NCBI RefSeq assembly: GCF_011745625.1
Contig: NW_027191484.1
Span: 186,001-250,000 of the forward strand
DNA: 64,000 nucleotides
Reading direction: 5' to 3'
From: Cladosporium halotolerans
Taxonomy: Eukaryota
Each line of letters starts with the position of its first letter. The stretch's first letter is position 1. A program made the position numbers and the translations under genes. The notes beneath the pieces are model-generated. The model made no database searches and was not told the DNA's origin. It worked only from the letters and a program-made list of their open reading frames with translations. This document shows positions 10,145-21,544 of the stretch, one piece after another.

Positions 10145-12444
10145 ATGCCTACACCTTCTCATAAACAGACGGTCCGCGCCCATCCGTCCGCACCCGTAGC
10201 TGACTCGTCAACTTCCGCTGCGAGCAATTCCAATAATGGCCGAACGAACCAGAGTGCCCGCCGACAGCAGATTGGCGTAGCATGCAATTCTTGCCAAGTT
10301 CGCAAGGGCAAATGTGATGGCCAGCGTCCCTGCAAGTGGTGTCGCGACCACGAAATCCCATGTAAACACGAGGCGGAAGCTGGAGAAACCCTCACGAGCG
10401 CGAGGAAGAGGAAGTACGAAGACCTTGAGCACGAACATCTTACCCTGCTCGAGCTTGTCAATATCGCAGCTTTGCGGCCTGATGCTGGTGAAATTCTCCA
10501 GCAGTTCAAAAATGGTAGAAGAGCCGGAGATCTTGTCATCCTGCTCAAAGAGGGCGACATTACGTACCAGAATCATCTGGGAAGCGACCCACGCACCAGG
10601 CGAATGCTCCTTTCTCTCCTCATCCAGAGCACTGCGTCGCTCGACGAGATCATCCTCATAGCACCGAGAATCGCGGAAGCACGGCTGGACATCACATGGG
10701 AAGCTGAAGATGGCAGGACCAAAGCTCTGAAGAATCGCACGATTGATGCGGATGCGATTGTATCGGCCGTTGATAACCTCGTTGCTCCAGACGCTCCTCC
10801 GAAAGCTCCAGACCCGCTAGGGCAGTCATTCAACAAAACAGACCGCGGCCTCACCAACGAATTCCTGTTGAGAGCTCGGCCATGGACAAAGCTGTTGACA
10901 GACGATGCTCTGGTAACACATCTTGTGACTATATTTCTTAACTACAACAATGTATATTGGAGATACGTCGAACAAGATCTCTTCCTGAGGAGCATGCAAT
11001 CTGGGAATGTCCGAGCGGAGTTTTGTTCGCCTTTTCTGGTTAACGCTATCTGTGCGTTAGCATGTTTGAGCTCGGAACATGGTGTAGTGTTCAATCGACC
11101 CGATGACTTGATAAGCCGAGGGCAGCACTTCCACGATGAAGCGTTGCGTCTATGGCACTTGGAAAAAGGCAAGGCGTCGGTGACAAACATCCAGGCTCTT
11201 GTGATTTCTTCCATGGGATCTGGCTTTCGGGGCAAAGACAAGCTGGGCCTTTCGTTGCTCGCTGTCGCTAAGCGCATGAATGACGAATTACCCTTTCCGC
11301 CCATATCCGCAGAGACAATCACTATTTCCGACAGAACAAGAGCACGAGTCAGTGCGTGTTGGGCTTTTCATCATTTCGACACGTTCGTAGGCTCGTAGGT
11401 GGTTCATGATTTATATCAACTTTACTGACAAGACATAGGACTAGCGCGTTGGGGCTTCTTCGAGTGAGCGTACCCATCGACACAAGACTGTCGTTCTTAC
11501 CCAACTTCCCAGAGATCTGGCGTGTATGGACTGGCGAGCCTTTTCTCCGTACCAATACCTACTTCCGACCTAACGCATTAATGCGCGAGCGATGTCAACT
11601 TATCCGTCTGACAGCTGAAGCGGTGAACCTGCTCTTCACAACTGTAGACGGTATCAGTCGCCCGGCGTCTGAGAAAGCCATCAAAGCTGTGATGGCACGA
11701 ATGGAGCATTGGTATAGTCTCCTGCCGGACGATCTACAATTCCATAAGAATCTCCCAGCCCCAGTGTATGAGCTACAGTAAGTGTGATGACTTCGAGAAT
11801 GCAGATACTAACTACCTATTAACCATGTTGTCAGTGGCCACTACTACTGCGCACTAATAACTCTTCGCTCATCCTTGGATTCCTTACAAACCATCCCCAA
11901 CTGTCCCAACGCTGTCGCCCATTCCTCTGCCTCTCCACCGCAGGCACTGCTTGCAGTCCTGCAGGCGACGAATCTCTTACGAGCCTTTCGGCAGACATAT
12001 GCCTTTAAATGCCCTCTTGCTTTCATATTCCAAGTTTCTGCAATAGTATCATCAATTTTGCTTCACCATTTGGAAGTCTCTCCCACAGCATCTCCACAAT
12101 TGGCAGGTATGCTTTCGGATCCACAGGACGACGTCAAAACGGCCTTCGCCGAGAGCTACCGTTGCCTTTTGGCCATTGGGACCCGAGTCATGATCGGCCG
12201 CGGCGTGGCTCGCATGGTTTATCACACTTCTAGGGCGCGGAACACTCCTTTACCTCAGAGCACGCAGCGCTTGCTCGATGTTGTCAGCGATGTTGTTTGG
12301 AGCTCGACGGATGTGAAGCACATCAGCTCGGATTTTCCAAACTGGGGCATGCAGAAGAGCCTTGCGGTTAACGAGGATGCGCGCATGGAGCGATTACTGA
12401 AACAATGGGAAGGTATCAGGTTAAATGACGGCAGTGCAGGTTGA
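10145..12444 (+). CDS. Zn(II)2Cys6 fungal transcription factor with middle homology region (NirA/Nit-4-like architecture)
   Basis: CNSCQVRKGKCDGQRPCKWCRDHEIPC; PWT..LV..FL and FCSPFLVNAICALAC motifs. Introns 11383-11438 and 11778-11834 join three ORFs in frame. The start could be an upstream in-frame ATG such as 10061. Confidence 0.9.
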
Positions 12445-12685
12445 GGTTACTCAATGTCAACAGGGTGTTGCGATTCACAAGAATTTATGCCATCAGCAGA
12501 CCTATCAGAAACCTGTTCGACGATACCCATGGCCGCACATATGTTGGAGAACCGCTCATGATTCTCATGAATGTGATACCTAATAGGCATCGATTAGCAC
12601 ATGAGTATTGTTGTATTTTCCGATCTTGCCCGGTAGCTGAAGCCGTGGCTCGCCATGGGAAAATCAATCATTAGACGTATTACCA

Positions 12686-13441
12686 TTAAGACACAGGTTT
12701 TGTATATGAATTATCGATTACCAATAATTCGTACATACAACCATAGGTCGGCGAAAACTGGGCATCCGAAATCCCCCATGTCGAAGCCCCTCCCATGTGT
12801 GATCTTCTGGCCATACCTGATACTCGAGCGCTTCGGAGTCTGCTAGGAGATGTACAGGCACGACAGTGGCCTTTCGAACTACGCAAGACAGGTCCTTCTA
12901 TCGTGTAGTACGTCGAGTTTGTAGGGAGACGCCACGACTCAGTAGGCGGCAGAGTCAGGACCCTAACGATACCACACGCGCACGCGTATCGGGAGAATAT
13001 TCCAGACACCCCCTTACCGTATCTGCTCCAGTCCAGATATCCCGTTCGCGATCTTGCCATTTGCAATCGTGGACATCGAGCATCCGCATGATTCATTAGT
13101 GGGCCCATAGCTGAGGTAAGTGTCGTCATCTCATGCTTCTCGGCCCGTTCCTGCACCCAATCCCTAGGAAGTCCAGTCCAAAATAATAATTTGTCCACAT
13201 TGTCGGGAATGCTCTCGAGTTGTGCTATGATCTGCTCTGCTTCTGCCTGGGTAAGATATTCTAGGTCACTTTTCGTGACAGATAGTCTTGTGTTGTGTAA
13301 CGACAGTTGTTGCCGTAAGATTTGCTCTTCTAAGTCATTGTTCTGAGTTGATGGACCAGACTTCAATAGCAGCTTCGCTAGCCGACTGCATTCATTCAAC
13401 AATACCGAAAATAACAGGATATGTCTCTCCAGTGAGTCCAT
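12686..13441 (-). CDS. Putative ADP-ribosyl cyclase/NAD+ glycohydrolase-fold protein; C-terminus possibly frameshifted
   Basis: Ordered motifs LLFWTG, MTTL, KGVSGIFSRYACACGIVRVL and NSTYYTIEGPVL parallel CD38 LLWS, MFTLEDT, KTVSRRFAEAACDVVHVML and NSTFGSVEVHNL. No signal peptide. Confidence 0.6.
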   Translation of the reverse strand: MDSLERHILLFSVLLNECSRLAKLLLKSGPSTQNNDLEEQILRQQLSLHNTRLSVTKSDLEYLTQAEAEQIIAQLESIPDNVDKLLFWTGLPRDWVQERAEKHEMTTLTSAMGPLMNHADARCPRLQMARSRTGYLDWSRYGKGVSGIFSRYACACGIVRVLTLPPTESWRLPTNSTYYTIEGPVLRSSKGHCRACTSPSRLRSARVSGMARRSHMGGASTWGISDAQFSPTYGCMYELLVIDNSYTKPVS

Positions 13442-14200
13442 GAGGTGTTGCTAAAGGATTTGAGAATACTGGTCTTATGCGGCTTTCGACATGCCAAATC
13501 AAAATGTAACGTTAATTGCTCTGTTATTGTTGAGCTTCTTGTCGTGCAATCATAGATTGGCAGAGCAGGCGCTGAGACCACGCATGTAATCGAACATCAA
13601 TTGCTACAGGGCGGGGAAGCTTGAGAAATCCATTTGACACTGATCGTAGGTTTTTTATAACCGTGGATTATCGCTCGATTCGCATTTTCAGAGACGCGTA
13701 ATCTAGAATACCCCTGCCCAGAATCATATGTCGAGAATTTGATGACAAATTCTCTTATGCCATAGCCGATGCTATTGGAAAGCAAAAGTCTATGTTGCCA
13801 TACATAGCAACGGAACCCAACCTCCCCATCTGAGCAGTCATATTCCTTCGACACTGTGACCGCAGATGGCAGAACGAGATAACAACACGCAAATCTCGTT
13901 AACACGTCGCACGATTGAACAAGTGGCGGACCATGCTTAGATACAAGGCTAGCCAATAGCATGGGAGGTGGCAGCTGACCTTCAACTTCCAAGCTTCTAT
14001 AATGACAACTGTCTGGCAGACCACGCGATCGGGTGCTCTTCAAGAGTCCCTGATCCAGGATGAGTTTCAATCGACCATGTGACGAACGTTACATCCTGGA
14101 AGCCTACTATCTGAGCTGCTAAAAAAACGCCTGTCGAGGCCCAAGCGCTTATTCAAGAACTGGAACCCACGAGATCAAAGCTACGATTGGCGGGATGGCC

Positions 14201-14419
14201 AACGTGTTTCTGGAACCAGGAATCAGTGAGCGGAGACTCGTGATTCAGGATCACGTGCTGCCGGTGTTGCCGCCCAGGCGAATATCCGCTTCCCAGGCAC
14301 GGGCGGGTGACAACCGTCCTTATATTCCTGGAATCTCGGGTCAGCAGCTACGGCACGTGATATAGAATGTTGCCGGGAAGCGCCAAGCTCGTCCGAGGGT
14401 CGGTGAGAATCGTGTACTC
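14201..14419 (+). repeat. Non-coding direct repeat, copy B (~220 bp)
   Basis: Collinear with 8901-9126. It lies in the divergent intergenic region between the genes starting at 13441 (-) and 15356 (+). Confidence 0.9.
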
Positions 14420-15355
14420 CGTCCGCTCTGCCATACATAAGCACTGAACCGGGCGACTAGTACTAGAGTGGGTGACCATCTGGGAATCCCGCCTGTTGTA
14501 TGTTTTTGTACTTTTTCTCCGGCCATGTTGTTTTTGTGCCGATTTTATCAGCTCGATTTGAGGTTTGCCAACATGTGTTGACTCGAGCCCGAACCTTTCA
14601 TTCGAATAAAGCTCTTGCGCGGCAATAATACTAATCTTCATGAACAGAATTGACCGCCTGGAAAGAACATTTGTGTCTGCTTGGCTTTGGACATCCAGTA
14701 TAAATAGCTCATGGATCTCGATTCTTAATGCGCCGAGATGGTAACTGTGTTAGAGACAGAAGTACGTCCAAGTCCACTGCGACCATCGAGAATATCACAA
14801 TGTGGCAAGCACCAGTCAAGCAACCAAAAACTCAAAACATCGGGTTTCCCATAGGGACACGTGAAGTGAAAGAATTGCCGCCTCGATCGAGCCGTTCGCA
14901 AGCGAAAGAGACCGCGTGTCTTCAGCGGTCTTGTCCGCCACACCCAAACGACCTTCGCCTTTCACGCCATACTTCGTAGCTAATCTGGAGTCTGCAGTGT
15001 GGAAATCGTAGGCGCGTGCCTAGCTTGGGCGAAAAATGCATTTCTGTTTCGCAAGGAGCGATGGATCCAGGGATGCAAGAGAAGTTGGGGAGCGCCACCA
15101 ACAAAACCCGGCGGCAAGCGGCTGGTAGTCGGCGCTTCGCCGCTTTCTGCCTTCAGTGCCGTGAGTGCGTACCACACCATGACTCTTCCTCGAACAACAT
15201 CAGACATGGGTTCCTTGAAGATGCATCCGTGTACCCAGTCGGGCACTGGAAGAATTTCTGCCGTCGTGCACGTTCCTATAGATTCTTCAGTTCTTCGTGT
15301 CCTGCCTTGCTTCCACACATGCTGAAATAACGACCAATGGCCTCTCACATTCGTG

Positions 15356-16494
15356 ATGTATCATTTGAAGAGCATTCTCATCAGCATTTGTATCGCCGCC
15401 ACTCAATTCGCACATGCAACCACCTTCGGTGTTGGGTTCAGTCTAGCTATCGACCATGGGTATGTCAGAATAGGTATTCTCAGGGCACCAAGTCTGACCG
15501 CTGGAACAGAGTCGCCAGCGTGCATTTTCGCAACGGGTCGACCGTCAATATCGCCAAGGTAGAAGGCCCGGAGGCTTACAGGATTGCCATGGAGGTGGCT
15601 GTCCACATACCCTCTTACGCCCAAATCAATCTTACCGATGCCGCGAGTCTCAGTGCTCCGTCTTGCAGCTACGCAAGGTTGGTTCCACAGCCCGAAGCCC
15701 GTTTGGCCGTCCAGTCTCTACGTGATCGCCTCCCGCCATGGTTGGGCGGCAAGAAACCAGATGCTCCCGACGCAGCAGCACAAGCTCTCGAGAGGATGTT
15801 ACGTGTCCTCAAAATTGCCACGGAATCTTATCTTGAGACCGACATTCGCAACGCAATCGTTGCGACCCCCTACGATACCAGCGATGCCTTCAGAAGCAGC
15901 ATGCGCACAGCATCATCTGCTTTGGACATTGAAACACGTCTTTATGGAGCAGCGCAAATCTCCAACTGGGCGTTTGATATCCCCCACAATTGTCCTGGCC
16001 CTTTCGGCCCTCCAGACACTCCGTATGAAGATGACGAGTTGGTGCTTGGTATGGACTTCAGCAAAGCGGCATTCACAGCGACGCTCGGGCTTTTTGCACC
16101 AGGCTGTGGTGTGTGGGAGGACGTTCGTGTGGGACAAAGCGCTGCGTTGGGCGCAAAGAACTTGTTCGCGAAAGAACGTTGGCACGATATGCTCGTCAAT
16201 GCAATGCGGAAAGTCACCGCCTTGCCAGTCGATCATTATCCACTTGCCCGTGACATCAACCACATTAGCCGGCTTGTACTTATTGGCGAATCGGTTGAAG
16301 ATAAAAGGTTTGAGGGCGCTGTGAGGCAGGTCTTCAGTGAGCAGTACAGTGCACAAGCTACATCGAAAATAATGGGCAACGCGCAGCGGCAAGATCCAGT
16401 ATATGTTACGGCCATCGGCGGTGCTGTGCGGAATTGGTTCAACAGCGACGATATGGCGTGGAATAACTTGTTGGAAGCCGAAATAAGCCTATAG
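15356..16494 (+). CDS. Secreted protein with a degenerate Hsp70/actin-like nucleotide-binding fold
   Basis: Exon 1 (15356-15459) encodes signal peptide MYHLKSILISICIAATQFAHA; intron 15460-15509. MLRVLKIATESYLETDIRNAIVATP, LVLGMDFS, ISRLVLIGES and DPVYVTAIGGAV follow the Hsp70 NBD motif order. Confidence 0.7.
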
Positions 16495-17209
16495 GAGATT
16501 TGCGTTATTGTGGCAACAACTCAATGTCAAGATTACTCGTCTCCCCTGCGTGCCTTCTTCGAGATCTACCTAATACAGTGGCGTAGAATAGGGTGTTCTT
16601 ATGTACGCATAACCTAAAGTGTTATCTTCTGTTACCTGTGAAACAAATTGTACAGACTAGGCTTTAGATAAAGAAGAATGGGACTACTCAAGGCTTCACG
16701 AGTAACGAGAAGTGTTTGTCTGGCCCGTCGTCGTATCGCCCTTCAGCTTCTGCCGAACGGTATTAGTGCTTTTTGATCTTCACCCGAGCTCACGTCCAGC
16801 ACGCAAACTCGGATGTTGTTGAGATTCCTGCGCAAAGAGCGATATTTTACAGGCATCCAGAAAGTGAACACAAGATAAAAATGAGTGCAGTCCAGACGCA
16901 TAGGAGCTCCAACGTCATGTCATGTGAACGGGCGTTCAAGGCGCGATCCCGGGCGCTGCTGAGCTTGGGCCACCGAAGTTGCTCCACGCACTGTTTTGGT
17001 GCGGCTTCCAATCCAAACAATCGCGAACGACACTGTAACCACACCACCAACGATAACGACGACGACACACCAGATTCTTGGAATCATCTTGAAAATGTAC
17101 AGCTTTGTTTGAACGTCCGGAAACCTGCGGAAAGAGGCCCGCCACCGCCAAAGTAGTCGCACTGTTTACGCGCCGCGCGTGAAGCGACAGTATTCGAACG
17201 CAAACCAAC

Positions 17210-20200
17210 ATGGCGGCCGCGCGCTCCAAAGCGGCGACCATCGGCTCTGCGCAATGGGTCCAAAAAGAGAGAGATCAGGCTGCCGAGTTCGTAGAGCAAG
17301 AGGTGGAGGAGTTTGGCTACAGTGTACGAAATGAGATGGAATGGCTCAATGAGCACATGGCAGAGATCTTTAGCACAAATGCTGTGTATGATACTTTTCA
17401 TGCGCACCACACCATGCAGCCTTGACTAACGCGATACAGGAACTACGCAGACGTGTTCAAGACTCCCGGCAAACTGCGAGGGAAAACGCCGCGCACCGTC
17501 CGGAAACGAGAGGCTTTGGAACAGCGCCAGCCTCTTACTGACATCTTTGCACCCAACTCTCAAATCAGCCCAACACCTGCGAAAAGCACTCCCTTTTACG
17601 ACAAAGTCACGCGATTCCAGATTGCCGAAGATGGCGAGAACTCAGTATCGCAACAACGGCCACTCAGCCGAAGCAAAAGCCCGCAACGCGTTGGAAAGCC
17701 TGGCAACATCGATTCCGGATACCATGGCATGACTGAAGACGAACTGGAGGCTGACACTCAAACCGACGCCGACACCGTTCCCTCCCAATCATTGGAGACC
17801 TATACCGCTTCCCACGAAAATCAAATTCCCACTCAGAAATCGAAAGACGGCGCAAATGAAAGCGAGCCCGTTAGCGACGAATCTTTCATGTCTGCAAAGG
17901 AAGGTGCATCTCAAGATACGTCCAAAGTACAGGTGGACGCAGAGATCGAGGAGGATAACGCCACTGTTCCGGACGATGACATGGAAGTTGACGCGCCTGA
18001 CGCGCAAAATGAGCAAGAGGTGGACCCCGAACTCTCTCATGAACCCGCCGATGAGCCCGAAGCAAAGGCTGAGCCCGAGCCAATAGAGGATCTTGACGTG
18101 GGGATGTCGCATGAGCCTTCAGAAACGTCGAGCCCAGCGCAACCATTACAACGAAAGAGCAGTTTCACGTTCTCATCTTTGCCGGCAAGAGAACCTTTGA
18201 CAGCAAAGCGAAGCATAGGAGGACGCAACAGCAATATGGAGGCTATGAACCGCAACAGCGTCTTCGCAAAGTCGATCGGCAAGAGTTTTGGCATTACCCA
18301 CGACGATGGCGAGCTTTCGCAGGAGAAATCCGAGGATGCGATGGCGCGTGGCAAAACCTCAGCACAGCTTCTGCATGAGCGCATCTCTATGCTTGGAAAA
18401 GCGAAGGACTCCAGGTCCTCCAAGAGCATTCCGCAAGCTCTTTATCCACAGCTGCCGCAGGCCGATGCCGAGGAAGATGAAAACGATACGCAAGATGCGC
18501 CAGAGCCGCCGCCCAAGGATGGTCCGACTGGCGCCACTGTTGACGACGAAGACGATGATTGGATCGCGCCTTCTAAGCCAATGCCGCAAAGGCAGCCTGA
18601 GCAGGCCCCGAGCAATGCCACACCAAGTCGGCCTATGCACAAAAAGGCAATCTCGACTACTGTCATTCCTTCTCCGTCTAGGGATGCCATCAGGCCAACC
18701 AGCCGTCTGCAAAAGACCCAGTCAGTAGTCATGTCTGGTCGGGTGTCGGAACCAGAGTCCACTACGCCTGCGGGATCGCCTGCTAGCAAAAAGAACACAG
18801 AGCAACAAAGCGCGTCGAAGAAGTTGTGGTCGGCATTCAAATCTGCTAGGAGTCTTTTCGCCTCGTCAGCAGGCTCGAGCGCTGCCGCGAAACTTGAGGC
18901 TCACGATTCTCCGGCTGGGAAGAAGAGTAAGAAGCAGCCCGCCGACGAAGCTGCAAAGGCAAATTTCATGAAGATGCCCGGAGCGCTGTGGTCCGAGACA
19001 ACGTTCTCCCAGACGTCCTCAAGACCGATGTCCGCGCTCTCTGGCAGCCCAAGTAGAAAGACCCGTAGCTCAACCGAGAGCGACAAGAGGAAAGAGAAAG
19101 ACCTCAAAGCTCAGCAGAAAGCGGCCGACGAGCTTGAGAAGGCCAGGGAAAAGGAGCGGCAGAAAGCAAACAAGGCTCAGGAGGAGAGGTTTCAGGCAGA
19201 ACGTGCTGAGGCGGAAAGGAAAGAAAGAGAGCTTTCCGAGATCGCAGCTGCAGAAGCCGCCGCCCAGACCGAGCAGAGGCCAGCGACTGCCGAGAGTGAA
19301 AAGGATCGCGAAGATATGCCTCCGCCCCCGCCACCGAAAAATCCGGCTCCCACAGGAAGGCTGCGCGCACCTAGTAGGCCCGTCAAGCCAACTAGGGAGG
19401 CCGTCAACACAAAGTCCAAGCCGGCTCCAGTCAATATTCGCATTGCGGCTCAGTCCCAGAGGCTCAATCAACCATCCTCGCAAGACTCCCTGCCAGGTTC
19501 GAAGCAAGAAAATGCTCCACCTCCACCGCCAAAGACAGGATTACGGACCAACTCAGCCCAAAGCAACTCACGCAGCTCGACGATGCCTCAAAACAACTCT
19601 CGAGTCAGAGCGCTGGAAGCGGCTGCGCGCAAGAAGGAGCAGGAAGAGCGGGAGAAGCAGCGCAAGGCCGATCAGAAACGCGAGCTCGAGCGTAAGCGTG
19701 CGGCCAAAGCTGAGGAGGACCGCCGCATTGAGCAAGAGAAAAAAACCGAAGAACAACGTAAGCTGCAAGAGTCGAGACTCGCGGCACAGAGGCAAGCTGA
19801 AAAGCAGGCCGCTGAAGCTAAGAGGCGTGAGCAACAACGTATCGAGCAGCAACAACAGCGTCAGGAGCAACAACGACAGGATCAACTGCGCCTCGAGCAG
19901 TCGGCGGCGGCCAAGGCTAAAGCTGCCCATGAACTCGCGGAGGCAATTGCGCGTGAACGTGCAGAGAAGCAGCCCATGCCTCGTGGTGACGCTCCAGGTA
20001 CTTTGAGGCAGCTTGGACAAAGGACGATTCCTGACCCATCTGTCCGACAAATTCCACCGAACCCTGCAAAGCCACCGAAGCGGGTACTGCAACAGGAAGA
20101 TGACGATGCATCTGCTCAGGCGCAGAGACCAGGCGTACCGCGCAATCCTCCCTCATACCAACAGAACGAGGCAAAGAGGAGAAAGACGGAGGAGCTCGAG

Positions 20201-21025
20201 CAAGAAGCGGACCAAAGGCATTCTGTCATGGCTCCGCCGAAGCGGCCCTCCACCATGCGCAAGGTAAGTGAACAAAGTATAGCAATTAACTCACTGATAC
20301 TAACGAACACCCAGGAAACCCTTCCGAAATTCTCTCACGGCTACGCACACGCACCGCCTCCTGCAGCCCACCACTCCAGCATGTTCAAGAGCACAGTCAC
20401 CAGCCAGCATCAACTGCAGCACGGCCAGCGCCCTGCCCACCCCAGCCAGACCGTCCAAGTGAGCAACGGCCGCATCCCCTTCGCCGAAAACGCAAACCCT
20501 CCCGCAGCCCAATACCACCCCCAGCATCCTCAAGCCTACCAAGGCACCGAAAACGCCTCCCAGAGCAAATTCAAGACGCCTGCCCGCCCTCCAGCTTTCA
20601 TGGCCCCCAAGTCCGCCAAATCCGCCAAATCCGCAAAGTCCTCCCCCATGTACCCGAACGGCGACAACATCGCCCTGCCGGAGATCATGACGGACAGCGA
20701 AGACGAGGACGACGAGGACGACGACGCGACCGGCGGCTTCCGCGCGCCCAGCTGGGTCGCGTCGCCCGCGCTGCGCGACTTGCTCACGCAGCAGCAGCTC
20801 GTCGACCCGGAGACGGTCTTCGGGCCCATCTCCGACCTCAAGATGGAGGAGGTCTTCAAGGGCGCCAAGAACCAGGAGCGCCTGAAGAGGTTCCGCGACC
20901 GCGGCAGCAGTGCTATGTGGGTTGAGACGGGCGACGCCGTCACGTCGGCGGAGAAGCAGAGGGATATGGAGGCGAGGGAGAGGGTGTATAAGGAGGGCGG
21001 GTGGAGTTATCACAATAGGGTTTAG
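17210..21025 (+). CDS. INCENP: Inner centromere protein (INCENP/Sli15/Pic1 orthologue)
   Basis: C-terminal IN-box LPEIMTDSEDED..PSWV.SP.L...L..Q..VDPETVFG..L.MEEVF..RFR.R.SSA.W; long charged helix; introns 17386-17439 and 20264-20314. Confidence 0.9.
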
Positions 21026-21544
21026 AGGGGGGGTTATCTGGTGCAGGTTATAGGACCTATGACTTTTGCTTTCGCTTCTGATGGGGGTCTTGGTTACGGG
21101 AGATTTTCTGATGAACGGATGAGGGACGGCGTTTTTGTGTACAGGCTTTGGGAATTTTGGATTGGGGCTCTCGGGAGGCAAATCCGCGCGCGCACATCTT
21201 ATTTCTCAGCAAAGCGCTTTTTTCGTATCTCCTACAGCTCCTTCGGTAGAGCTTTCGGTTTGCTTGTCATAGAAATGAACGGAGACTGAGATTTGAAATC
21301 ATATTGCAGCGACTCCGCTGGGGAAATAATGCTAATTCGCAACGCGAAAGTCTAGTCCGTCTAAATCGTAAAATCATGTAGCCTCGTGAGGGGCGGTGTC
21401 GCCCGCGTCTGACCGTGTAAGTAATCACGTCGTCTCGTTCGTCCGTCTCGTGTCGTCGTTCAGCGGCCGTCACGTCATATCGCCATTCTGTCCAAAATTC
21501 CTCAACCGTTATTCAATTCTAGCCCAAGACTCCCTGCCGGACTC

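Noticed and set aside
13597..14070. 157-aa minus-strand ORF upstream of the cyclase-like gene
   Set aside because: Non-ATG start, no motifs and no splice evidence.
1..16500. Starship element call
   Set aside because: No DUF3435 recombinase or diagnostic boundary repeat is visible in this window; kept only as a hypothesis to test.
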